Below are positions 9,501 through 20,300 of a stretch of 64,000 bases of DNA, piece after piece. The position numbers and the translations under genes are program-made. Location of the stretch: assembly GCA_048884965.1 (NCBI GenBank), contig JBHLQH010000001.1:160001-224000 (forward strand), read 5' to 3'. A model generated the notes under the pieces. That model searched no databases and was not told where the DNA came from. It saw only the letters and a program-made list of their open reading frames with translations. The stretch comes from Candidatus Thorarchaeota archaeon. Lineage in GTDB: Archaea > Asgardarchaeota > Thorarchaeia > Thorarchaeales > Thorarchaeaceae. How positions within the stretch are numbered: the stretch's first letter is position 1; the number at the start of each line of letters is the position of its first letter.

Positions 9501-11113
9501 GTTAAGCTTGTTGGATAGTATACAAGAATTTCTTTTGTTAGGTAACCTGCTTCTGTGCCGTTCGTCCAGAACATCTCAAGAACGTAAGTGCCATTGGAAG
9601 AGACCCACGCATCAATATTCCAGAGATAGGAGAATCCCATAGCATAGGTTCGGTTTGGAGGATTATAGACCGCAGAGCCCTCGTATGTAGCTGTCAAATT
9701 CATAGATCCCGAATCAACGTCAGTGCCAATTCCATCCTCTACTATGGCCGTAATAGTGACTGTATCTTCAATACTTGCGATATCAGGCGATTGGATTTCT
9801 GTGATATAATTATCAGCTGTGTGTGATAAAGTCCATGTGCCATTCGTCATGCTTGAGCAAGTGACAGTTGTCCCTGAAACCGCATAGTTCCCATAGTTTG
9901 TGGAAGGTGTCGTACTATTGTACAATCCCGTGACTGACCAATCAAGAGGTCTTGTGAAGTTCATGTACCTGCTAATCGTTCCGCTTGTATTCGGGTATTG
10001 AATTGCTGCAGTGATATTCCATTCTATAGAATCGCCAGATGTCTGCACATCCCAAATTGTTGAAGCATCAAAGTTTCTCTTGTACCAAAGGGTGAGGTCA
10101 TATGTCATATCTATGGACTGATTTGTCTGAAAAGCAATTGAACTCAATCCTGCACCATTCAAAAATTCCCAAGAAGTTCCAGTAAGACCAGTTGAGTTAC
10201 CTAAAAGGGAAACCTCGTCAGCGCTGAAATATTTCAATGCGGCGTTGCTTGTTTGATTCCAAGGTGTGTACGTATAATTCAAGTTCGCTTCCCGACGATT
10301 TATTCCACTGTAAGGCCACCAAGCATCACCTCTTAGGTTATACAAAGTCTGAAGTCCCAAGAACGAATCGGTGGCTTCCCAATTTATCCGATTGAAATAC
10401 CATGTATCTACAATATATACTCCTGATAGCGCCGTTCCATCAATGACAACATAATATGTACTGCCGGAGGACAAGATTGCATTATCGCTAGAAACATCAT
10501 GAGTGTACAAAACAGCTGATGGATTTTGAGTGAATGGAGAAACCCAAGAAGTTTCATTTGTTGAACCATCAGAGTAGTCACTTCTGACGACCAACCATGC
10601 TTTTCCAAGAGAAGTAGTGTAATATGGCACTGCGTACTCTACAGTATAATTCTCCAGTCTTCCATCGTGGGGTTGATTGTAAAATGCTTGTGTAAGGGCA
10701 TCGGTAACCAGACCACTTGCATTTCGTATCATAATTGGTGTGGATGGATTAGGAGTTACACCTAATGACTCTCTTTCTGAAATAGCTGTCATATCGGTCA
10801 TGTCGATATCCGCTCTATAAAGCGTCCATCCAGAGATCACATATCCAGATAGATCTAAACTCCCCAGGTGTGTGAGATCTGAATATGAGTTTGATATTGT
10901 AGATGAGATGCCTGTTAGGACTCTAGACATATTTGCAGTAGCTTCAGTAGAGCTTCCCTGGCCTCCAGCTTGTGCAACTTGAAACAAAGCATCATTATCT
11001 ATTGAATCTAATGTAATTGCATTCATGATTCTGTCAGGTGATGATGTGATTGTAGGAATACATAGTATGACTAGGAACATTGCTGTTAGTGCAATAATAC
11101 GGTTTGACTTCAA
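6569..11113 (-). CDS. Large single-pass surface glycoprotein with Ig-like repeats and cytoplasmic longin-like + wHTH domains
   Basis: Signal peptide, many N-x-S/T sequons, beta-rich ~100-aa repeats, TM YVLLGIGILAILSVGY followed by a basic stop-transfer, then GTCVFYHPF...ADLISGFISAVTSV longin-like segment and an acidic tail. Confidence 0.85.
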   Translation of the reverse strand: MKSNRIIALTAMFLVILCIPTITSSPDRIMNAITLDSIDNDALFQVAQAGGQGSSTEATANMSRVLTGISSTISNSYSDLTHLGSLDLSGYVISGWTLYRADIDMTDMTAISERESLGVTPNPSTPIMIRNASGLVTDALTQAFYNQPHDGRLENYTVEYAVPYYTTSLGKAWLVVRSDYSDGSTNETSWVSPFTQNPSAVLYTHDVSSDNAILSSGSTYYVVIDGTALSGVYIVDTWYFNRINWEATDSFLGLQTLYNLRGDAWWPYSGINRREANLNYTYTPWNQTSNAALKYFSADEVSLLGNSTGLTGTSWEFLNGAGLSSIAFQTNQSIDMTYDLTLWYKRNFDASTIWDVQTSGDSIEWNITAAIQYPNTSGTISRYMNFTRPLDWSVTGLYNSTTPSTNYGNYAVSGTTVTCSSMTNGTWTLSHTADNYITEIQSPDIASIEDTVTITAIVEDGIGTDVDSGSMNLTATYEGSAVYNPPNRTYAMGFSYLWNIDAWVSSNGTYVLEMFWTNGTEAGYLTKEILVYYPTSLTGNTQMEAFTDSSFEIRVDFVDTFSPTPLTATYASVVYSYDSGSNVSLTDLGNGTWTAVIDTTGEIAGLHSVVVYAEGFAIENQSLSIDVELTYETLALTYNWTDPQENGITYLQSTNLTILYRFANGTAIANAIVNVTDGTSTWSLTWDPVAENYTIQFNGTDFSTFPDTINLTVNAWKLGHESQANSSLKLYVYEESATSLEIIITPSDQDMTYVESFRIIANYSYSGSPVPAATLTIQFNVSTPISLQYNSSDGLWYTLLPGSDIGVGYWEFTVFADAVGYGNKSVQNILDIWEDVPVLTDSWSDHEVTDYETNIVLNVSAHDSLGNPILNSNLTVTLLDSKFTMTHLGNGLYSVAIIPDAVMGTHQIQVILTETGFVTTSIQLNLTIRATTEIVVTSPIYSQYETEDIEIAVEFVDDIHRTIIYWATVNLTIEGTVYPMTFNGSHYVVVFVLDFTVNYHTATISALANGTNPATEDISIRVLAKTYVYISISFSGSAFQGNTISIDARLRENDTERALQLRTLLFNITVNYDNGTSVLVSVQDSTNAQGLASVSFDIPQVTDNRVTSILIEVFYDGSINEDYVYWDASKAYTIPVNLDPIEQVLSFWFVEEGRYVLLGIGILAILSVGYNKRIKPKKRAGRAALDRQLKNFEDLKSVQHFMAVYVNRGTCVFYHPFKEARIQADLISGFISAVTSVYGEIKGDGVQGTLEEIQYQGLRLNSYSGEYVLGILILDKEISVLMRDRLQFFVDLFENEYESHLDGWTGITDCFDPEWIVSNLISTLGYSWMLPHTLHPDKKLSGPEKKIVNYIQASLGNKREFLVEDYLQPLSSMLGKTEAEILDIIVGLEEKEIIQPISIHTFLQRQGLGIVSSDMDMQITPTPIEEIPHEDTTDVDAVEEPADVSGDDDEVSEPLDEPTSEEEEPVVPEEDDSESKPEEIVGEEPETEDADPRDEFLKEVESLLKKEKEEDGEE

Positions 11114-11323
11114 TCTTCATCGCCTCACTGTCTTCCCCTTTTGAGATTGGAGCCATAACCAGCTTTCTGGTTCCTGAAGCTCAATCAAGGGTACTAGATG
11201 ATGCTGGTGGCATGTGTTATCACAAATGTCACATGGGTCCTAGAAACATGACGATTAGTGCTTATTTATAGCTATCCTGAACTAACTGCTTCGAAAAATA
11301 GATGACCATTTCATAATAGAAAG

Positions 11324-14300
11324 TCAATCTATAGTATCTGTATATCCAATCTTCCGAATCCTGCCTTCTCGTATCTCTACAACATCCACATTGTCGTTCA
11401 ATAGGTCATTTACTAGCTTTCGTGTTTTTGAAATGCTGAGATTAAGTTCTACAGATATTTCCTCTCGTGACAAAGGTTTGCCTGCTTCTTTAAGCAGACG
11501 AATTAGTTTGGATCCATCGTCGACCACCTCTTTTCCTTGAGGAGTTTCTCTAACAAATAGAGAAACAGTTGTCGAGATTCCTGCAGCAGCGAGAAATGCA
11601 CTTGTTGATGATTCATCGATTCCTGATATTTCATCTATTTCTCTCAGTGAATCAATTACATCTGGAATCAGTAATTCATTTTCTTTCGATATTTGGTATA
11701 CTGATTGAGCGATGTCCGGAGCATGTGAAATGGCTGGACCCGGTGTGAGCGAAGTCATATCGGTTCTGGAAGACAATCCCTCAACTCTCCTTCTTTTTCT
11801 TAGCAAGACTGCAGCAATGCCTACTGCTGCAACTCCTCCAACTGCTAGTGTGACTGTTAATGGTCCTGTAAGTGGAGTTGTGGGTTCAGGCGTGATTTGA
11901 ATGACACTGATTACAGTTGTCGATGATTCAACTGGCCATGCACTGATTTCTCCAGCAAAGATCGCTCTTACGAATATTTCATTACTATCCATTGGTACTG
12001 TGTAGCTAATAGTTATCCTTCCATCAGAACCTGTGGATAACATGAATCTCTCCTCTATTTCTGAGCCATTCAAGAACGCAATTCCGAGAATTATCTCTAT
12101 GACCTTATCCGATATTGGTTGCGAGTTATAGGTCAAAGAAGCGGAAATTGAAATCGCAGAGTCTTCTTCCGCCGCATCTGGATGTGACAGTGCAATTTCG
12201 TAAGCCATCTTTTCAAGGACTGTCAATGTTATGTTAAAATCTGAGACATCGAAGTCGCTAGCAATCGCCTGCAAGAATATCTGATATATGCCTGGAAGTA
12301 GATTCTCTGGCAATTCAAACTCTATTCGATACAGTTCCAAGACGGAATCAAACATCATCTGATATTCGTTTTCCTCAAACGTGAAAGAGAGAGATGCCCA
12401 TGTGACATTTGTGTCATGATATGCATCAACGAGAAATGCTGTGATAAGAAGAGATTCTTGTTCGTATTGGCTAATGCTCTGATCAGACACGATATTCAGT
12501 GGGAGGAGGTCGACCTGAATCTGTTGGATATAACCCATTGCTATGTATCCTTCTTTTGATAGATGAACCTCGATCGAATAGTTGCCAGCAGACAATGCTG
12601 TGCTGCTTACGAGAATTGAGTATACATTGTTAGCTAAGAGCTCGATTTCATATTCACCTTGCCATGATACTTGAATCGCAACATCATCTATGTTCTCATT
12701 AGTCCGAAGATCTCTATATTGAAGACGAAGTTCCAAAGTGTCATTCACATACAACCAGTCACTCCCTATGCTTACCAAAGTGGTTGGTATCAGATGAATA
12801 AACACATCGAATTGATAGAATTGTGAATCGAATCCTTCAGAACTTAGGTTAACTGTACATGAGTAATATCCAGCATCATGAATCAATCCAGGAATAGTAA
12901 AGGTCCAGTTGGTCATATCCCATGTTGCTAGAATTTCTGTTTGGTTGAGTTGGATGTACACGATTGTGTTGGGAATTGATGAACCATTAAGCATCTCATA
13001 GGATATCGATCCATTCACGAACCCATCAGCGTATATCGTCGTATTCGTATGGATCACACTGAAGGCGGTTGACGTAGCTATTACATCCAATGTGAGGAGT
13101 GATTCTATTGTATTGAACCAGCTTCCAGTAATTGATACATTCACTACATAGGTGCCAATAGATAGTTGGGGTCCAATTATTGTGGTGTAAATGCCTTGGC
13201 CTTCATTGAGTACAACAAGCATAAATGAGTTTAGAGATATTGTCACTGTGGCATCTGTAACAGGGTTTCCAGCTGATGAGTTGCATTCAATGCTTAGAGC
13301 TGCAGTTGATATATAGTCAATCGTCGACTCCGTCCAGTTTGAGGTGAATTGCAGAGTGTCCCTATAGACGGTAATTATCTTCCATTCGTTTCCTTCTTGC
13401 TGTCCCGTTCGATTTGCCCTTATTGTGGCGTTCCAAGTGCCCAAAGAGATGTCAAATCCTGAAAGAGTAATGTGCCACATCTGATCGGTGCTGCTATATT
13501 CCAAGGGGTAGGGTGAAGAACTATTCAAGACCAAGGTCACGGTCGCATCAAGTATGGGCTGGAAATCGCTTGTGTATATCACGGATATATTGAGCTCAGT
13601 GATGATATTCACATTTCCATCTGATGGTTCCCAGTAGACCAAGAATGAGTTGGATGCTAATGTCACATTAACATTGTATGTCGTGTTGGTGAACACTCCG
13701 AAACCATATTGCCATGCACTGATATAGGCTTCATAGACTCCTATTCCTATTTGTCGACCTAGAATAGAGATTTTCCAAGAACCCAGTGAATATGTCAGAT
13801 TATAGACAATGCTGTTAATGGTAACATTCACCGTTGCTGTATCTGGCACATCTCCATATGACGACAAGTAATCTACGGTGAGATTCAATAGATCCGTGTA
13901 TTCTATTGTGACATTCGATGGTTCCCATGTAAGAGATGATATAGCTGTTGAAACTACTGCAACAGTTACTATTGTTGTGTTCTCTTGGTACTCGTAACCA
14001 TACACCCAAGTTCTGATGAGAATCGCATGTGGTCCTAGATCAAGCATCACACCACTGAGGTTTGCAATCCAATAGTTGCCAGATGTATTGAGACCAATGG
14101 TATACCAGCCATCAATTGTGATATTTGCTGTCACAATCGTTTTACTAACATCTCTGAATGCATTGTCATCCCAGTATTGTGCTGTGAGATTTGCTTGTCC
14201 TAAGTAGTCGATTTCGACTGAATCCCATGTGACAAAGAGTGACGTAGGCACTTCTGTAATATTGTAGTGGAATCCATCTTTGAATGCGTAGTCGTAGCCT

Positions 14301-17300
14301 ACCTTGCTCACATTTACAGTCACTACATGATAGCCCAAACCCGTTTCATAACCGAGCTGAATCCAATAGTATCCAGATGCTTCATTCATTGAATAGATTG
14401 TGCCATTCACAGTTACGGTTTTTTGAGAGGCTCCAGGAATGAATGTTCCCATAGAATCTCGATAATAGACTCGCAACACCTCAGTTTGAGTGTAGTAGAA
14501 TGTTGAATTCGAATCTGTTCCTGCTCTCTGCCACCATATTGAAACACTTGTTCCTTCATTTATGATCGCAAATACTGTACTAATCTCCACATTAGTGTAG
14601 ACCGGTCCAGATGCCTTCACTACAGGTAGAAAACTACCCAGACCTGGGGGATTGTCGGTACCATTTAGTACGAGCTCGTACCCTCCGCTTGTTTGATTCC
14701 AATTCAAGTCAAATGTAAACCCTGCAATCGTTATGTTAAGAGAACCATCAGAAATAGAAGTTCCATTACTCATCCTATAGAAAACAACTATCTTGGTTTG
14801 CTCGATATACGTGATCGTGTTCCCTTGTGGCCATGTCACTTCTAGAGAGGATGGATCTTTTCTTACGATTAATGTCTCATCGGAATCAGATTGAGATTGA
14901 TAGCCATATGCATCCGCCTGGATGAATAACGCATGTTCTCCAAATCCTGGAGGTGTATCTGTGCCATTAATGATGAGCTCAAATCGTTCGCTAGTTCCAT
15001 TCCATAATAGATTCCAAGTAGTAAACCCGATCGTTACATTAACGGTTGCGAATGGAATGTTTGAACCATTGCTCATTTGGTAAATCACTTGGATGGCTGT
15101 GAATTGGAAATAGCTGATATTATTCAGATAGGGCGTTATCCACGAAGCACTGAGAGAGGTGCCTTCATTTGTGATTGATAGAACCATCGAGGTGTCTTGG
15201 ACGTAGTCAAATCCATCTCTCCATGCCTTTATTGTTAGGCTGTGAACACCTAGTCCTGGTTGATTATCGCTTCCATTGAATTGGATACGATAAGTTTCAG
15301 AAGCATCATCCCATATCAGATTCCAAGTTGTAGTATCTATCGTCACATTCACTATAGCAAGAGGTATTGCAGTTCCATTACTCATTGTATAATTAGCTGA
15401 TAGTATTGTAGATTCAACAAAGGTTATGGTTCCCCCACCAATCCACTGACTCTCTATCTGACCTAATTCACCAGTTATCACAAGATTTTCTGTGCTGTCT
15501 ACATGTGATTGATATCCAAATCTCCATGCTCGGATGGTAAGTCCATGAGTTCCAAGACCAGGTGGCACATCTGTTCCATTGAACTGAATTCGATAGGTAT
15601 CAGAGTCCTCATCCCATTGAAGTGTCCAAGTACCAGTTCCAATAGTTACATTCAGTTTCGCACTAAGAACAGCACTACCATTTGTCAAGGTGTAGTTGAC
15701 AGAGAGAATTGTCGATTCAACATATGTAATCGAATTCCCCGGAATCCAATCGATGGTCATCGCTGTACCCTCGACAGTAATTGATAGGACCTCTGTCGAA
15801 TTAACTTGAGTTTGATAGTTTGCTTTCCAAGCAGAGATGAGAATATTGTGTATGCCAAGTCCGGGTAAAGCATCTGTACCATTGAAAGATATCTCGTAAT
15901 ATTCAGTAGATGGATTCCATATCAAAGACCAAGTCGTGGAGTCAATCGTGACATTGATGGTTGCTTCAAGGATTGAAGTTCCATTTCTCAAATAGTACCC
16001 AATTTGCAATGTTGTAGTTTCAAGATATGATATTGAGGAGTCAGCATCCCACCCAATAGTTAGGTCTGCATCTTCGACACGTATTGTCAACTCCTGAGTA
16101 GCATCAATCACTGAGATATAACCGAATTTCGAACTCTTTATGGTGAGGGGGAATGTCCCAAACCCTGGAAATGAATCGCTTCCATTGAATTGAATCTCAT
16201 AGCTTTCTGAGGTTGAATTCCAAAACATGGATAATGTAGTTGTATCGATTGTCACATTGACTATCGCATCAACAATTGGAGTCCCATTACTCATTTGATA
16301 CACAAGCACCAATGTTGTAGATTCTAGATAGGATATGTTATTGCCAAATACTATGTTCCAGTTCAGTGAATAGATGATCTCCTCTTGTCTAAGTGTCAAT
16401 TCCTGTGCGCTATTCGTGAATGACACATATCCGAACTTCTCAGCTTTGATTATCATTGAATGCGTACCAAGACCTGGTGGAGTATCCGTTCCATTGAATA
16501 TTAGACGATAATCAAGATTTGACGCATCCCATCTTAGGATCCATGTGGTTCCGCTAATAGTAGCATTAACGACTGCATTTGGAATCTCTGTGCCATTGCT
16601 CATGAGATAATCGATAATCAGAGTAGTGTGCTGCACATAGGTTATGTTATCTGTAGCTGACCAATTAATCGTATAACTAGTATCTTCCTTACTCACTGTC
16701 AGTGTTTCAGTATCATCAACCCAACTCTGGAAGTCCACCTTTGAGGCTCTGATATCTAGGCTGTACGAATCGATTCCTGGTGGATCATCATAACCATTGA
16801 AAACGACCTCATAGATCTTTGACACACCGTTCCACTGTAGAGTCCAAGTCGTGACTCCAAAAGTCACATTCACAGTTGCTTGCTCAATTACAGTACCATT
16901 GAACATGGTATAGTTTACGATCAGTTTGGTTGATTCGACATAGGATATAGAATCTCCATTTGTCCATGAAATGTCGAATAGGGTTGGAATTACTGGAAGT
17001 GTCAATGTTTGAGTTGTATCAACTTGTTCCTCATATCCGAATACCCAGCAACTTACCGAAAGACTATGCGTTCCCACGCCTGGAGGTACATCGGATCCAT
17101 TGAATGTTATTTCAAAGTACCCCGACGTTGAGTTCCATATCAAGAGCCAGGTCATACTATCGATTGTTACATTGACCTCTGCATTTGCAATTGGAGTAAG
17201 GTCAGACTTCGTATAGCCCACCAGCAATGTTGTGGAATCTAAGTAACTAGGACTGTTTGTGTTCGTCCATTGAACAGAGAATAGGGTTGGTTCAATTCTT

Positions 17301-20300
17301 AGTGTGACATCATAGGTGTTATTCGTTTGATGGATGTAGCCATACTTGCCAGCTTTCACCAGAACATTGAATGTGCCAAACCCAGGAGGTGAATCTGATC
17401 CATTTAATCGCAACCTGTAATTCTGATTATCGGAATCCCACCACAGATTCCAGACATTCGAGTTGATTGTGACGTTAACTTCTGCGCCAATGATTGCAGT
17501 TCCATTGCTCATAAGATAGGTGGCAACTATTGTCGAATAATCAGTGTACGTGATGTCATTATCAGGTAGGAGTACAATTGTAAGGGTTGTGTCCTCAGGG
17601 TTTATCGTTAATGTGCTTCCATCTGTTCTATCGATATATCCATACTTGCCTGCTTTAATTGTAATCGAGTGGGTTCCAAATGATGGCGGATTGTCTGTGC
17701 CATTGAATGTAATGACGTATGTGGATGTAGACTGATTCCAGACCAATAACCAGGTATCGCCATTGATTGTAGCATTAAGATTAGCATCCACAATCGCAGA
17801 GCCATTACTCATGGTGTAGCTCACGTTTAGAATTGTATACCCAACATAGCTTATCGTGTTCGTGGATATCCACTCGAAAGCTAGAGATGTGAACTCCTCC
17901 CTGAGAATTAGATTTTCTGTATTATTCTCTCTGCTTTCATATCCAAGCAAATCAGCTTTCACAATTATTGAATGTGTTCCAAAGTCTGGTGGTGCATCTG
18001 TCCCATTGAATTGGATCTCGTAGTATCCTGTACCAAAATTGTAGCTTAAATCCCAAGTAGTAAGACCTATAGTAACATTTACTTCAGCGGTATCGATTGT
18101 ACCACCTGAGGTCAATGAGTAGTTAACCTGAAGGATAGTGTACTCAACGTAACTGATGTTATTCCCATTTGACCACTGAAATGAGAGAATTGTTGGCTCC
18201 TCTCGTATAGTGATGGTCTTAGAACTATCAGCTTGACTTTCGTAGCCATATCTATCTGCATTGATATTGACTGTGAATATTCCAAGACCAGGTGGCACAT
18301 CTGACCCATTTATCCTGATTCTGTAGTCCTCGTTTGCAGGGCTCCAAGTAAGATTCCATGTGGAAGTTCCCAAAGTGACATTAATGATTGCACCCAATAT
18401 CGCAGAGTCATTACTCATCAAATAATCACAGATTATTGTGGAATATTCTGTGAATGTAACATCATTATCAGGTTCAATTACCACAACTATTGAGGTTCCT
18501 TCTAGGTCTATTGATAGAGTTTCGGTGTTATTCATTCTGTCAACATAACCAAATTTGTCAGCGAGAATTGTAATTCCATGTGTCCCAAATCCTGGGAATA
18601 GGTCATCACCGTTGAACTGATATCTGTAAGTCTTGGACCCTGATTCCCAGTCAAGAGATAATGTTGTGGTGTCTATTGTAAAATTCAATGTGGCTCCTTC
18701 AATGGCAGTCCCATTGCTCATTGTATAATTTACAATCAAAGTCGTGTATTGAACATAGGTTATGGAATTCGTGTTTCCCCACTGAACAGTAAGTGAAGTG
18801 TCTTCTTCAGAAACAGTAAGGATTTGGCTACTATCGTATTGGGATTCATACCCATATTTGGATATAGCAATCTCAACTAAATGAACACCAAAGCTTAGCT
18901 GTGGTGAACTTCCGATAAATGTGCAATTGTACGTTTTACTATCTGAATCATATACAAGGTCGTATGTGTATCCGTTTATCGTTACATTCGCGATAGCATC
19001 AACAATTGAAGTACCATTTGACATCAAATACGATATCGATAAAGTTGTACTTTCAACATAAGAAATGCCATTGCCTGATGTCCATTGGATATTAATCGTT
19101 GTTGATTCTTTCCTGATCGTGATACTCTCAGAATCATCATATTGATTTTGATATCCAACCTTCCAAGCTTGAATGGTGATTGAATGAGTACCAAAACCTG
19201 GATCTGAATCTGTTCCATTGAATCTCATTTTATATGTTTCATCAACTGGGTCCCATCTGAGCTTCCAAGTTGTGGTGTCAATTGTCACATTCAACTGAGC
19301 ATCAGATACATTTTCTCCTGATGTTCTTTGGTAAAGCACGGACAATTCTGTGTATTCTACATAAGTAATATTGTCAGAATTCGACCACCAAATGTCAAGG
19401 GGTAAAGTTTCATGTATTAGAGACACATGTATTTCCAATGATTGATTCTCTAATGCGAAACCCTCCGCATATACATCTACGATATAATCACCTGGAGCTT
19501 TACCTGTGGTACTAATGCTCGCTGTCCATGTGCCATTTGCGAGATCACTCATAGTAGCATTTGATGCTCCATCAAACGAGTATTGTACTGTTCCCAGACT
19601 ACCATTGATGCCCTTGGGTGTGAAGATTTCTTCGTAATCTACCCTAATCGCAAAACTGCTTTCCGTATAGGCATTGATTGCATATGACGTAGCTGTGAAG
19701 GTTGTTGAATGAAATACTGCGAGTTCTTGAGTCAGATACCCTGAAGATGAACCATTTGTCCAAAATGCCTCTATTCTATAGATTCCGTTCTCACTTATTG
19801 TGGAAGGTATATTCCAACTATAGCTTGTTCCTCCTGACGAAACCGATTCATTTGCTGGAGCGAATATGATTGTGGAGTCTTTCCAAACTGTAAGATTGGT
19901 AGTTCCACTCAGAACAGGACTACTGCTCTCCTCTGAAAGTGTCAAATTGATCTCCAAGATGACCTCACTGTTAACCTCATAGGTAATCGGGGAATCATCA
20001 CTAGAATCATAGCTGGATATATCCGAAAGATGATTGAACGAAGTAGAAACGAGCGTCCATGTGTCATTATTCACAAACGATGCTGCTACTATATTCTGAG
20101 AAACTAAATAGTATGAATGATTCGATGATGGCATCGACGAATTATACATCCCAGTTGGCTTCCATGTACTTGGAATCGTGAAATTCAAGTATCGCATATC
20201 CGATGATTTGGGATACTCTGGGGTGGCTGTAAGATTCCAATTGACCATGTTTCCTGAATTTTGAACTTCCCATTGAGCCGACCCTTTCATATCCTGCTTA

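Noticed and set aside
14560-19400. Repeats as a diversity-generating retroelement target or assembly artefact
   Set aside because: No reverse transcriptase or near-identical TR/VR pair; the units differ throughout at DNA level.
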